Of a DNA stretch of 64,000 bases, positions 19,112 through 28,715 are shown piece by piece. A program made the position numbers and the translations under genes. Under the pieces are notes generated by a model. It worked only from the letters and a program-made list of their open reading frames with translations. It was not told the origin of the DNA and searched no databases. Position 1 is the first letter of the stretch, and each line of letters opens with the position of its first letter. The stretch is from a virus: the IMG/VR virus record IMGVR_UViG_3300044643_000612, positions 1-64,000 of that record; one strand, written 5' to 3'.

Positions 19112-19777
19112 ATGGCTGTCACTCCCACCTCAATCGTCACGCCGCAGCGGCCCTTCACCGCCACGGCGGTCGCCACTACGGCGAACTCGACCTACACGGA
19201 CACGCCGACCAACACGGTCCTGCTCGCCCGTCAGGACCTCCTGCCGCCCAACCCCTTCACGGTGGTCAACGGCTCGCCGACGGTCACGGTGCAGGCTCCC
19301 GACCATGGCCTGTTCACCGGGATGCAGATCACGGTGTCAGGCGCGGCGGCGGTCGGCGGCATCACGCCCTCGGGTGCCTACACCGTCACCGTGACGGGCG
19401 CGGACGCCTACACCGTCACGCACGGCTCCAACGCCACCTCGGGCGCCACAGGCGGCGGCACGGCGTGTCTGGCGCAACTGGCCCGCACCTCGGCCAACGG
19501 GGCGCGGATCACGAGGCTCACGGCCCTCGCCCGCGCCACCAACACGGCGACGGAACTTCAACTTTACGTCTCGAACGACGGCGGCACGACCAAGCGGTTC
19601 ATCCGCTCGGTGCTGATGGCGGCCTACACCGTGGCGCAGACCACCGGCCAGACGGCGACGGACTTCGGCTACTCAGACTCCTCGCCGCTGATCCTGAGCG
19701 CCTCCGAGACGCTCTACGTCGGCATTGGCGTGACGAACACCGGCATCGTGTTCCGCGCTGAGGGCTTCGGCTACTAA
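19112..19777 (+). CDS. virion structural protein
   Basis: HGLFTGMQITVSG...YTVTVTGADAYTV beta module. Confidence 0.6.
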   Translation: MAVTPTSIVTPQRPFTATAVATTANSTYTDTPTNTVLLARQDLLPPNPFTVVNGSPTVTVQAPDHGLFTGMQITVSGAAAVGGITPSGAYTVTVTGADAYTVTHGSNATSGATGGGTACLAQLARTSANGARITRLTALARATNTATELQLYVSNDGGTTKRFIRSVLMAAYTVAQTTGQTATDFGYSDSSPLILSASETLYVGIGVTNTGIVFRAEGFGY

Positions 19778-19778
19778 C

Positions 19779-21125
19779 ATGCCCGTCCAACCCCTCGGTC
19801 CTGTTGGCATGACTGCCCAGTCCATGACCCTCCCGGCCGGCTCTCAGAGCCTGGCCATGGGGGGGATGGGTGTGCGGGCTCAGGGGATGGACGGGCGGAA
19901 GAAGTCGTCAGGACCGGGTAACTGGCTGGGCTTTTCGGGAACGACTTCAGCAGAGTGGGCCTTTCGTGGCGCGGTTGATACGCAAGGCAATCTGATCCTG
20001 ACCGGCGATCGCGGCGGCGGGGTTTTGATTGCCAAGTATAGCGCAAACGGCGAGCGGAACTGGTCAGGGCAAATTGCGGGCGCCGACACTGGCAGCACTT
20101 TAGGCTTTGCCTCGCCGGGCGAAGGGGGCGTCACGACGGACGGGGCGGGAAATGTCTATCTAGTCACAACGGGCAACGCAGCAACAACGCTCGAAACATT
20201 CAAAATAGACGCTTCTGGCAAAATTGTATGGGGCCGATCTTACACAGCGGGAACAGCTGCCTGGGCAAAAGATATTGCAGTTGGAGTGAGCGGAAGTGTC
20301 TATGTGCTTGCCCGTTCGCAAGGTGGCGGCTTCGGCGGGAACAGTGTCCTAGTCGTCAAGTATAGCCCGGCAGGGGTATTTCAATGGTCCCGAAACGTGG
20401 ACCTAATACCGGCCGAAGGCTTGACGCTTGATGCGTCGGAAAACGTTTACGTCCTCACATACATACCGGGCGGGCTTCTGAAGTTAAACAGCGCCGGAAC
20501 CCTGCAATGGAGCGTGCAACGTTCAGGCGGGACGGCACCCAATCAAGTCCAAAAAATAGCCGTAGCTTCTAGTGGCGAGACATATGTTGTCGGCAGCCAC
20601 CCGAGCGGCAGCGGTGCCTGTGCGCTCTGGGCTATTGATGCAAGCGGCGCGGCGCGGTGGTCGCGCGGCTTGGGGACGGATAGCAGCGTTTGGTTTGGTG
20701 TTGTGTTGTCAGGCTCAAGCGTCTTCTGCCTTGGCGCGACCACACAAGCCGGCGCGGGCGGTGCCGACATTCTTTTGGCAGAATACGACACCAGCGGCGC
20801 GCTCAAGTCGCAAAGGACCATCGGTAGCGCGGGCAACGATTACGGTTATGCAATCGCAGATGCTGACATCAACTCGCTAGCGATTTTTGGCTCTACGGCG
20901 CTAGGCGCAGGCAGTGGCGACGTGTTCATCGGTCGCGTTCCCAAGAGTGGTCTGCCCGGCGGGCAGGTGGGGCCTTACACACTCGCGGCGGCAAACTTAA
21001 CGGCCCAAAACCTGACCACCACTTTTGCAAGTGCATCGCCTGCGACGCAGCCGCTCGGCTCTGATGCCGCGTCAAGCCTGAGCCTAACGTCAACAGTTTT
21101 GACCACAGCCATATATCCGCTCTGA
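19779..21125 (+). CDS. beta-propeller repeat protein, candidate receptor-binding protein
   Basis: repeated xDxxGNVY / KYSxxGxxxW blades; visibly more AT-rich codons than the flanks. Confidence 0.7.
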   Translation: MPVQPLGPVGMTAQSMTLPAGSQSLAMGGMGVRAQGMDGRKKSSGPGNWLGFSGTTSAEWAFRGAVDTQGNLILTGDRGGGVLIAKYSANGERNWSGQIAGADTGSTLGFASPGEGGVTTDGAGNVYLVTTGNAATTLETFKIDASGKIVWGRSYTAGTAAWAKDIAVGVSGSVYVLARSQGGGFGGNSVLVVKYSPAGVFQWSRNVDLIPAEGLTLDASENVYVLTYIPGGLLKLNSAGTLQWSVQRSGGTAPNQVQKIAVASSGETYVVGSHPSGSGACALWAIDASGAARWSRGLGTDSSVWFGVVLSGSSVFCLGATTQAGAGGADILLAEYDTSGALKSQRTIGSAGNDYGYAIADADINSLAIFGSTALGAGSGDVFIGRVPKSGLPGGQVGPYTLAAANLTAQNLTTTFASASPATQPLGSDAASSLSLTSTVLTTAIYPL

Positions 21126-21132
21126 GGACCGC

Positions 21133-21564
21133 ATGACCCTCTACCAACGCAAGACCCTTCCCGACACGCTCATGGGCGACCCGGCCCCGCTTCCCGCCGC
21201 TCTGGTGGGCCTTGCGGACGCCAGCCTTGCCGACCTGACCGCCGCTCTCGGCGTGGCGGCGAGCGAACTCGGCTTCGACGGGCAGGGGTTCTTTCCCTTC
21301 ACGCCTGAACCGCCCCCGCCTGCCCCGGTGGATGAACTGAACAAGGTGGACTTCCTGCGGCTGTTCACCCAGGCCGAGCGCATCGCCATCCGGCAGGCGG
21401 CGACGGCCTATCCCACCATTGCCGATTACCAAGCCATGCTCGACGCGGCGTCGCTGGTTCGGCTGTCCGATCCTGACATGCAGGCGGGGGTGCCGATGCT
21501 GGAGTTTGGCGGGCTGCTCGGCGTGGGCCGGGCGGCGCAGATCCTTTCCGGAGTGCGTCCATGA
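21133..21564 (+). CDS. putative tail fibre assembly protein
   Basis: DFLRLFTQAERIAI...RAAQIL pattern, located after the fibre/RBP genes. Confidence 0.55.
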   Translation: MTLYQRKTLPDTLMGDPAPLPAALVGLADASLADLTAALGVAASELGFDGQGFFPFTPEPPPPAPVDELNKVDFLRLFTQAERIAIRQAATAYPTIADYQAMLDAASLVRLSDPDMQAGVPMLEFGGLLGVGRAAQILSGVRP

Positions 21565-21869
21565 TCGAGCATCCGCAGGAAGAAGCGACCATCCCCGGCC
21601 GTCCGATCCTGTCCTATTTCCGGCGGCTGTTCGTGTCGGCGGATCAACTGCTGAACGTCATCCTCGGCGGACACGAGGACGAGACCATCTCCTCCCGCAT
21701 CGCCAAGGACCGCAGGCGTGGGCGCAAGTTCGCCTGCATCCTCTGCCGGGTGCTGGACTGGCTCGACCCGCACCATTGCGAGAAGGCCCTTGAGAAGGAC
21801 GAGGGCAAGCGCCCCGGCCAGTACGACCCCCCTCGTAAAGATTACCCGCCTCGGAGCGATTGGAGTTAA
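21561..21869 (+). CDS. conserved phage hypothetical protein
   Basis: DQLLNVILGGHEDETISSR...LCRVLDWLDPHHC motif. Confidence 0.7.
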   Translation: MIEHPQEEATIPGRPILSYFRRLFVSADQLLNVILGGHEDETISSRIAKDRRRGRKFACILCRVLDWLDPHHCEKALEKDEGKRPGQYDPPRKDYPPRSDWS

Positions 21870-21874
21870 CCGTT

Positions 21875-22108
21875 ATGCAGTGGGACGCCATCCTACAAAT
21901 CTTCGCCGGATTCGTCATGGCCCTCGGTGGGTGGTTCATGCGCGAGTTGTGGGGTGCCGTGAAAGAGTTGCGCACAGACCTCGCCGCCTTGCGCGCCGAC
22001 CTTCCCAAAGAGTATGTGTCCAAGAACGACTACCAGCAGGACATCGGTCGCATCCACGTGCTTCTCGACAAGATTTACGACAAGCTGGACACGAAGGCCC
22101 CCCTGTAA
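21875..22108 (+). CDS. single-TM coiled-coil protein (holin/antiholin-like)
   Basis: N-terminal TM segment, then LPKEYVSKNDY...KIYDKLD. Confidence 0.6.
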   Translation: MQWDAILQIFAGFVMALGGWFMRELWGAVKELRTDLAALRADLPKEYVSKNDYQQDIGRIHVLLDKIYDKLDTKAPL

Positions 22109-22126
22109 CAGCCGCAAGGAGCACCT

Positions 22127-23278
22127 GTGGCCATCCCTTCGATCACACGCGAAGCCGCCGAGGATTTGATCTCGGCTATCGAGGACATCATGGGCGAGGG
22201 GTATCCGTACCCCGGCGTCGCAGGAGATCACGTCAACCCCGGCGCGGTTCACATCTATGCCCAGCGGGAGGTGGTTCCCGCCATGACCATCCGCTCCCGA
22301 CTGAAGCGCATCAAGGAACTCTACGGCATCGAACCCAACCAGAGCGCCTACCGCCCGGCCAAGGCGAAGCCCATCTTCACTGTAGACAGCCTGCCAGACG
22401 ACGGCGAGCCCGAAGCCGCGGACCTCATCGCCAAGCTGGCCGAGCAACACCGCAAGCGCAGCGAACACCACCAGGCCGCCAAGCTGCGCCAAGTCCGGGT
22501 CCACATGGATGGCCCGATCGCCATTGCAGGCTTCGGAGATCCGCACATCGACGACCCCGGCTGCGCTTGGGGCGACCTCGAACGGGACGTTCGCATCTGC
22601 CGCGACACGCCGGGCATTATGGCGGTGAACATCGGGGACAGCACAAACAACTGGGTCGGGCGCCTCATGCGGTTGTATGCCGACCAAGAGGTCACGTCGA
22701 AGCAGGCCCTGAAGCTGATCGAATGGCTCATGACGGCGCTGCCCTGGCTGCTGGACAAGGAGGGCAATCACGACCTCTGGAACACGGAGAAGGGCGACCC
22801 TGCCGAGGTCATTCACCGGCTCATGAAGCTGCCCGGCATCCGCGAGATGGGCTCATCCCGCTTGCGCCTTGCCCTGCCATCCGGGGCTGAGGTGCTGATG
22901 CACGTTCGCCATGACTTCCCCGGCGGCTCGCAATTCAACCCGGCCCATGCCCTCGTCCGCGAGACCCTGTTCGGCTTCCGAGACCACATTCTGATGTGCG
23001 GGCACCGGCACTCGTCGGGCTATATCCCGGTCTTCCACAACGACCCGCGCCGGCTCTGCCACGGCTTCCGCCTCGGGACCTACAAGGACTTCGACCACTA
23101 CGCTGCCGAGAAGGGCTTTCAGGATACGAACTGGGCTCGCAGCATGGGTGCCGTCATCAACCCCGATCACGCCGACGACCCGACCCGGTTCATCAAGCCG
23201 TTCTTCAACCTGGAGGAGATGGCGGAGTATCTGACTTGGCGTCGAGGCAAGTGGGAACTAGGAAAGAGCGCAGCATGA
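22127..23278 (+). CDS. calcineurin-like metallophosphoesterase
   Basis: GDPH, GDSTNN, GNHD and GHRH motifs; AAGGAG RBS before GTG. Confidence 0.85.
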   Translation: MAIPSITREAAEDLISAIEDIMGEGYPYPGVAGDHVNPGAVHIYAQREVVPAMTIRSRLKRIKELYGIEPNQSAYRPAKAKPIFTVDSLPDDGEPEAADLIAKLAEQHRKRSEHHQAAKLRQVRVHMDGPIAIAGFGDPHIDDPGCAWGDLERDVRICRDTPGIMAVNIGDSTNNWVGRLMRLYADQEVTSKQALKLIEWLMTALPWLLDKEGNHDLWNTEKGDPAEVIHRLMKLPGIREMGSSRLRLALPSGAEVLMHVRHDFPGGSQFNPAHALVRETLFGFRDHILMCGHRHSSGYIPVFHNDPRRLCHGFRLGTYKDFDHYAAEKGFQDTNWARSMGAVINPDHADDPTRFIKPFFNLEEMAEYLTWRRGKWELGKSAA

Positions 23279-23808
23279 TCAACCCCCTCGCTTTCATCGC
23301 ACTTGCGGCGATCCCTCTCTACCGTTGGGCTGACCGGCGCGTTGGGTCTGGCGGCGCTAACGTCCTCGGCCCTCTGGGTGGACGGAGCGTCGGCTTCCTC
23401 GGCGGCGCGCTCCTCGGGGCAGCCATCGGCTATGTCGCCGTGGGCCTGTGGGGTGCCCTCCTCGGCCCCTTCTGGGCACTCTACCGCTCGTTGGACTTTA
23501 AGCGCGGCGCCTTGACACCCATCGACGGCAGGGAACGTGTAAACGCAGTCCTCCGCCACGCGCTCGCCCTGCTGATCGCCGTGCCGATCTTCTTCCTCGG
23601 CGGCTCTTGGATTACCGCCCTCGTGGTCATGGCCGTCTACGCTGTGGTGGCCTCTCTGCTGGCGTTCGACCTCGGCGACCGGCTGATCGCCTGCAACCGC
23701 GACGGCGGCGCTTGGAACGACGAGTGGAACAATGAGGCCGAGCGCAGCCGAGGCACAGCCTACGGCGTAGCCTTTGCGGTCCTGTGCCTTTGGGGTGCGC
23801 TATGGTAA
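23275..23808 (+). CDS. multi-pass membrane protein
   Basis: several hydrophobic segments; ATGA overlap. Confidence 0.65.
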   Translation: MINPLAFIALAAIPLYRWADRRVGSGGANVLGPLGGRSVGFLGGALLGAAIGYVAVGLWGALLGPFWALYRSLDFKRGALTPIDGRERVNAVLRHALALLIAVPIFFLGGSWITALVVMAVYAVVASLLAFDLGDRLIACNRDGGAWNDEWNNEAERSRGTAYGVAFAVLCLWGALW

Positions 23809-24059
23809 TCAAAGAGGTCCAGTGGTTCTGGCGTCGTCTGTTCACTTTCCTGTTCGCCGGCATCAACACCGCCACCGTCGGATGGATCGTCCTCAAGGTC
23901 GACGAGCCCGATGCCCTGAAGTGGATCGGGCTGGGCCTGATCGCCGCCAACATCCTGCTCGCCTTCGTCTACATGGCCGGGGCGACGTTGGTCGATCTCA
24001 CGCGGATCAAGACCGAGGCCATCAAGACGGCGGAAGAGGTCAAGGAGATCATCACATGA
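23802..24059 (+). CDS. probable holin
   Basis: two TM segments and a charged C-terminus, in the lysis cluster. Confidence 0.6.
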   Translation: MVIKEVQWFWRRLFTFLFAGINTATVGWIVLKVDEPDALKWIGLGLIAANILLAFVYMAGATLVDLTRIKTEAIKTAEEVKEIIT

Positions 24060-24424
24060 TGCAGATCAACCGCTACCTGCTCGCCTTCTGCGCCATCCTC
24101 GTCGCCTTCGGCCTCATCCTCGCGGGCTACTACAAGGTGATGTTCGACATCCAGCGTAAGCGCGCCGAGGCCGCAGCCGCCGAGATCAAAGCCACGCGCC
24201 AGGCTCTTGAAGCCGCCAACGTCTACACCGAGAAAACCGTCATCATTCGGGAGAAGGGCAATGCAGCCACCCAGCGGATATACAAAGCGCCGAACGCGGA
24301 CAGTCCTGTGCCTGACGGCGTGCTGTCTGCTTGGCGCGACGGCATTGGCCGGCTGCGCGACGACAGCGCCGAGCCAGCCGATCCCGCAGGCGTTCAAGGA
24401 GCCGTGCAAGGGGCCGGAGGATAA
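24056..24424 (+). CDS. i-spanin (Rz-like)
   Basis: N-terminal TM plus coiled coil; overlapped by a lipoprotein ORF. Confidence 0.75.
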   Translation: MMQINRYLLAFCAILVAFGLILAGYYKVMFDIQRKRAEAAAAEIKATRQALEAANVYTEKTVIIREKGNAATQRIYKAPNADSPVPDGVLSAWRDGIGRLRDDSAEPADPAGVQGAVQGAGG

Positions 24425-24560
24425 CGTCAAGACCATCGCCGACCTCGCCGCCTTCTCCGTGCAGCAAGAGGTCGCGCTACAGGACTGCGAGGCCAAGCGG
24501 GTCGGCCTCCTGTCGCTGATCGACAAGCCCGCGAAGAAGCCCTGGTGGAGGTTCTGGTGA
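24261..24560 (+). CDS. o-spanin lipoprotein (Rz1-like)
   Basis: lipobox LAGC and a Pro-rich segment, in a shifted frame within and beyond the i-spanin gene. Confidence 0.75.
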   Translation: MQPPSGYTKRRTRTVLCLTACCLLGATALAGCATTAPSQPIPQAFKEPCKGPEDNVKTIADLAAFSVQQEVALQDCEAKRVGLLSLIDKPAKKPWWRFW

Positions 24561-25054
24561 CTGGACCGCTTTGGTACCGCGTAGCTGGGAAGCAGATCGG
24601 CGTGAAGGAGATCCCCGGCGCCAAGTCCAATCCGACGATCATGTCGTGGGCCAAGGCCCTCGGCGCGAAACTCGGCATCGCCTACACGAATGATGACACA
24701 CCCTGGTGCGGCGTGTTCGTCGGCTACTGCGTGCAGGCCGCGGGCTTCAAGCCCCCGCCCATAGCCGTGCGCGCCAAGGCGTGGGCGACGTGGGGTGAGC
24801 CGCTCATCACCCCGACGCTCGGCTGCGTCCTCGTGTTCGAGCGCCCGGGCGGCGGGCACGTCGGCTTCTACGCCGGCGAGACGACCACCGCCTACCGCGT
24901 GCTCGGAGGCAACCAGTCGAACAGCGTCAACTACGCCTGGCTGGCGAAGGACCGCTGCATCGCCATGCGCTGGCCGGACAACAGCGCCCCCATCGTGCCT
25001 ACGCGCGTCGTGGGGTTCACCGAGCCGAAGCAGGTCTCAACCGACGAGGCTTGA
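24557..25054 (+). CDS. endolysin, TIGR02594-like NlpC/P60-type peptidase
   Basis: IGVKEIPG...DDTPWCGVFV...GGGHVGFY...LGGNQSNSV. Confidence 0.88.
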   Translation: MTGPLWYRVAGKQIGVKEIPGAKSNPTIMSWAKALGAKLGIAYTNDDTPWCGVFVGYCVQAAGFKPPPIAVRAKAWATWGEPLITPTLGCVLVFERPGGGHVGFYAGETTTAYRVLGGNQSNSVNYAWLAKDRCIAMRWPDNSAPIVPTRVVGFTEPKQVSTDEA

Positions 25055-25078
25055 CCCCTCGCGCTGATAGGCTATGCT
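25051..25078 (+). promoter_or_regulatory. sigma70-type promoter in front of candidate sRNA
   Basis: TTGACC-16 nt-TATGCT. Confidence 0.5.
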
Positions 25079-25084
25079 CCTGTT

Positions 25085-25175
25085 CTCACGCTTCGGCGTG
25101 GGTGGCGTCCTCGACAACCCTCACGGCTTCGGGCGTGGGGCGCAGGGCCGGGGGAAACCTCGGCCCTTGCTTTTT
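25085..25175 (+). ncRNA. candidate ~90-nt small RNA
   Basis: two related TTCG-loop hairpins, then a GAAA-loop terminator with a T5 tract; upstream promoter; no credible ORF. Confidence 0.55.
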
Positions 25176-25201
25176 GTGGCGGTGCGGGGCATAGTCCCCT
25201 T

Positions 25202-25420
25202 GTTGGACGGTTTACACCAACTCTCTTTTCTACCGGATCGCCACAATCCACCCTCCCGCCCACGGCTAGCGCAGGCCAAGTGCCGGGAGATACGCCACCG
25301 ACACGCAGAAGGTCGGGGTTCTACAACTCAGGGGCCGGGGGAAACCTCGGCCTCAGCCATTTGTGGCCCACCTAGCTGATCCACAACCTCCTCACACACT
25401 CCCTGCGTCACCTAGGTGGC
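25202..25420 (+). ncRNA. second candidate structured RNA (one or two units)
   Basis: TTGCTT-17-CATAGT promoter-like element; consecutive hairpins; second copy of the 21-nt GAAA hairpin; C-rich loop containing CCTCCT. Confidence 0.4.
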
Positions 25421-25542
25421 CCATAACCGTATGCCCTTCCCCTGCGCTTTCCTTCTCCGGGCTGCCGTGATACACTCTTCGGACTGACGGTCGAGGCCCA
25501 AAAAAGGGCTGCGGCGTCCATCAGCCCCCGACACGGTGCTTC

Positions 25543-26196
25543 ATGGCGACGACGACCACCTTCACGACCCTCAAGGCCGATGTGCAGCGATACCTGGAGC
25601 GCGGATCCACGCTCGGTAACGACCCGGTAATCATCGAGCAGCTTCCCCGCCTCATCAACCTGGCCGAGCGGCGCATCGCCCGCGAACTCAAGGTGCAGGG
25701 CTTCATCAACGTCGTCACCGGCACCCTGACGCCCAGCCAGTCCGTCTACGCCAAGCCCGACCGCTGGCGCGACACCGTGTCGATCAACATCGGCACCGGA
25801 CCCGGCAACAGCACCCGCAAGCAGGTGTTCTCCAGGGCCTACGAGTATGTCCGGCAGTACTGGCCCAACGAGGGCACAACGGGCGAGCCCGTGTTCTACG
25901 CAGACTACAACTCCAGCAACTGGTTGTTCGCGCCGTCGCCCGACGCCGCCTACCCGTTTGAGATCCTCTACTACGAGTTGCCGCCCCTGCTCGACGACGT
26001 GGTGCAGAGCAACTGGCTCACCGAGTACGCGCCCCAACTGCTGCTCTACGGCACGCTGCTGGAGGCGACCCCCTTCCTCAAGAACGACGAGCGCATCCCG
26101 GTTTGGCAAAGCATGTACGACCGTGCTGCCGCCATGCTCAACGGCGAAGACCTCGCCAAGGTGCTCGACCGCAACTCTGCCCGCAAGGAGGCATAG
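25543..26196 (+). CDS. tail adaptor/gatekeeper-like protein
   Basis: LINLAERRIAREL...FAPSPDAAY...NWLTEYAPQLLLYGTLLEA pattern. Confidence 0.7.
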   Translation: MATTTTFTTLKADVQRYLERGSTLGNDPVIIEQLPRLINLAERRIARELKVQGFINVVTGTLTPSQSVYAKPDRWRDTVSINIGTGPGNSTRKQVFSRAYEYVRQYWPNEGTTGEPVFYADYNSSNWLFAPSPDAAYPFEILYYELPPLLDDVVQSNWLTEYAPQLLLYGTLLEATPFLKNDERIPVWQSMYDRAAAMLNGEDLAKVLDRNSARKEA

Positions 26197-27882
26197 GTGT
26201 CCTACACCGAAGTGTTTGGAGGCACGACCCTCTACCCGTCGAGCGTCTCGTACCTCGCTCTCTCGTTGACGGCAGACACCACACTGGAGTGGCCGCTTGA
26301 GGCCAACACGGCCACCCCGGTAGCCGCGTCGATCATCGACGTGACGCCAACCGGCGCGTTCGCCATCACCATGCCCGACGCCACGCTCACCGCCCCGGGC
26401 CAGACGACTCTGTTCAACAACCTCGGCCCCTCGACCGTGTTGGTCAAGAACGCCAGCGGCGGAACGATCCTGTCCATGCTGGCTGGAACCCAGTGGAGCG
26501 TGTACCTTGCCAGCAACACCACCGCCGCCGGAACTTGGCGCACGTTCCAGTCCGGAGCCAGCACCGCTCAGGCCCAAGCCTCCGCTCTCGCCGGATTCGG
26601 CCTCCTCGCCACCGGCTCAACCCTGTCTGTCGCAGAGCCTGTCACTGGCTTCAACACCGACATCACGCTCCCTGCGGGCGCTCGCGGAGCGGCTTATCTT
26701 TGGTCGGGTGGTCTCGGAACCGTAAGCCTGATCTCAGCCAGCACTCTGGGCAACAACTGGTTCGTTGACATTCGCAACGGCGGGTCGGGCAACCTGACCG
26801 TAGACCCTTCCTCTTCGGAACTGATCAACGGCGCCACGACGCTCGTGCTGACGCCGGGCGATAGCTGTCGCGTCGTGACCGACGGAGTGGCTTGGTACAC
26901 CTTCGGCCTTGGGCGCAGCGCGGTCTTTGCGTTCGACTACACGACCATCAGCATGACCGGCCAGACCTCGCCCTACACCCTGAGCGGCAGCGAACTGAAC
27001 CGGGTGGCCTACAAGTTCACCGGCGTCCTGACGGCGAACATGGAGGTCGTGGTCCCGTCCACGACGCAGCAGTACTGGGTGGACAACTCGACCACCGGCG
27101 GATCGTTCACCCTTGGTCTGCGCACGGTGTCGCAATCACCCGCGATTAACGTGGTGCGCGGCTCACGGGCCATCGTCTACAGCGACGGGTCCAACGTCGT
27201 TGACGCCGACACGAGCAACGTCGCCCTGCCCATCGGCATCGCGGACGGCGGCACGGGCGCCACGACGGCTTCCGGCGCGCGCACGGCGCTCGGTGTGGCG
27301 GCGTCTGGGGCCAATGGCGACATTACCTCGCTGAACGGCCTGACGACGCCTCTGGCTATCGCCTACGGCGGCACAGGTGCCACGACCTCCGGTGCGGCGC
27401 TGGCGGCTCTCGGCGCGATTGGGTTGGCCAACGCCAACACGTTCACGGCTCGCCAGACGATGAGCGGCTCGGCGACAGACGTCGGGATCAAGTTGACAAA
27501 CGCCATTGAGGCGGTGACTCTCAGCGCCACGGCGGCAACCGGCACCATCAACTACAACGCGCTGACCCAGTCGAACCTCTGGTACACGACCAACGCCTCC
27601 GGCAACTGGACCCTCAACATTCGCGGTGACGGGTCCACCTCGCTAAACACGCTGCTGGCTGTGGGCGAGAGCATCACTGTCGTGTTCCAAGTGACGAACG
27701 GCGCCACAGCCTACTACCAGACCGCCTTCCAGGTCGACGGCAACGCGGTCACTCCGACATGGCAGGGCGGCGCGGCTCCGGCGGCGGGCAACGCCAATTC
27801 GGTGGACGCCTACGCCTTCTCCGTCATCAAGACCGGCGTAGCGACCTTCGCGGTCCGGGCCAGCGTCTCGCGGTTCGCCTGA
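26197..27882 (+). CDS. tail protein/fibre
   Basis: 561 aa, T/G/S-rich with GGTG repeats; AAGGAGG RBS. Confidence 0.7.
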   Translation: MSYTEVFGGTTLYPSSVSYLALSLTADTTLEWPLEANTATPVAASIIDVTPTGAFAITMPDATLTAPGQTTLFNNLGPSTVLVKNASGGTILSMLAGTQWSVYLASNTTAAGTWRTFQSGASTAQAQASALAGFGLLATGSTLSVAEPVTGFNTDITLPAGARGAAYLWSGGLGTVSLISASTLGNNWFVDIRNGGSGNLTVDPSSSELINGATTLVLTPGDSCRVVTDGVAWYTFGLGRSAVFAFDYTTISMTGQTSPYTLSGSELNRVAYKFTGVLTANMEVVVPSTTQQYWVDNSTTGGSFTLGLRTVSQSPAINVVRGSRAIVYSDGSNVVDADTSNVALPIGIADGGTGATTASGARTALGVAASGANGDITSLNGLTTPLAIAYGGTGATTSGAALAALGAIGLANANTFTARQTMSGSATDVGIKLTNAIEAVTLSATAATGTINYNALTQSNLWYTTNASGNWTLNIRGDGSTSLNTLLAVGESITVVFQVTNGATAYYQTAFQVDGNAVTPTWQGGAAPAAGNANSVDAYAFSVIKTGVATFAVRASVSRFA

Positions 27883-28715
27883 TGCCTTTGGCCACTACCT
27901 TCGCTAACGCCTCGGCGCGCGCTTACGGGCTGTTTGGTAGGAGTGGGCCGGAAAGTGTTTTTGACCTGCTTGTCGTAGGGGGCGGCGCAGGCGGGGGCGC
28001 GGGAAACTACTCCACTTTCGCCGCAGGTGGTGGCGCGGGCGGCGCGGATGTAGGCACCGCTAGTGGGCTCCTTTTCGCTGTGGGCTCGTACACCGTAACA
28101 ATTAGCGGCGGCGGCGCGGGAGGAAGTGGCGGTACTGGGAACAACGGCTCCGCTGGGGGGACTACATCGGTCGGCATGTACTCCGCCGTTGGTCCGTCTT
28201 CGGGAGGCGGCGGCGCTCCGGGCTCCACGGGCGGGAACGGGGGAGTGAACGGCTCCGGTTTCTCAGGGGGTTCTGGCGCGGTGAGTTCCGGCCCGGGTTC
28301 GGGTACGGGCGGCGGCGGCGGCGGACGCGGCTACACAGGCGCTGCGGGGAACGCAAGCAACGCTACGTCCACCGGCGGTGCTGGCGGCGCAGGGGCAACC
28401 TCGGCCATAAGCGGTACGTCTCTCGGCTACGGCGGCGGCGGTGGCGGCGGTTTCTCGTCGATGGGGACGCCGGGAGCAGGGGCCGATGGCGGGGGCAGTG
28501 GTGGTGCGGATGGCACAGCTAATAGAGGGGGAGGCGGCGGTGGCGCGGGAAGCGGCGGCGGTCTGGGCTCAGGCGGCCATGCGGGCGGCTCAGGCGTTGC
28601 CGTCGTTCGCTATCCGACGGGCGCGTTTACCTGCACAGGCGGAACGGTTACGACCAGCGGCATATATACCATCCACACCTTCACAGGCTCCGGTACTTTC
28701 GAGAGGATTGCCTGA
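27882..28715 (+). CDS. glycine-rich tail protein
   Basis: LLVVGGGAGGG...GGSGVAVVRY...YTIHTFTGSGTF glycine-rich domain. Confidence 0.75.
   Translation: MPLATTFANASARAYGLFGRSGPESVFDLLVVGGGAGGGAGNYSTFAAGGGAGGADVGTASGLLFAVGSYTVTISGGGAGGSGGTGNNGSAGGTTSVGMYSAVGPSSGGGGAPGSTGGNGGVNGSGFSGGSGAVSSGPGSGTGGGGGGRGYTGAAGNASNATSTGGAGGAGATSAISGTSLGYGGGGGGGFSSMGTPGAGADGGGSGGADGTANRGGGGGGAGSGGGLGSGGHAGGSGVAVVRYPTGAFTCTGGTVTTSGIYTIHTFTGSGTFERIA

Noticed and set aside
25200-25360. tRNA or tmRNA
   Set aside because: No cloverleaf with a T-loop GTTCRA or CCA end could be built by eye; a tRNAscan/ARAGORN run would settle it.
25074-25379. 101-aa ORF across the structured interval
   Set aside because: No RBS, atypical codons, and it runs through a terminator.
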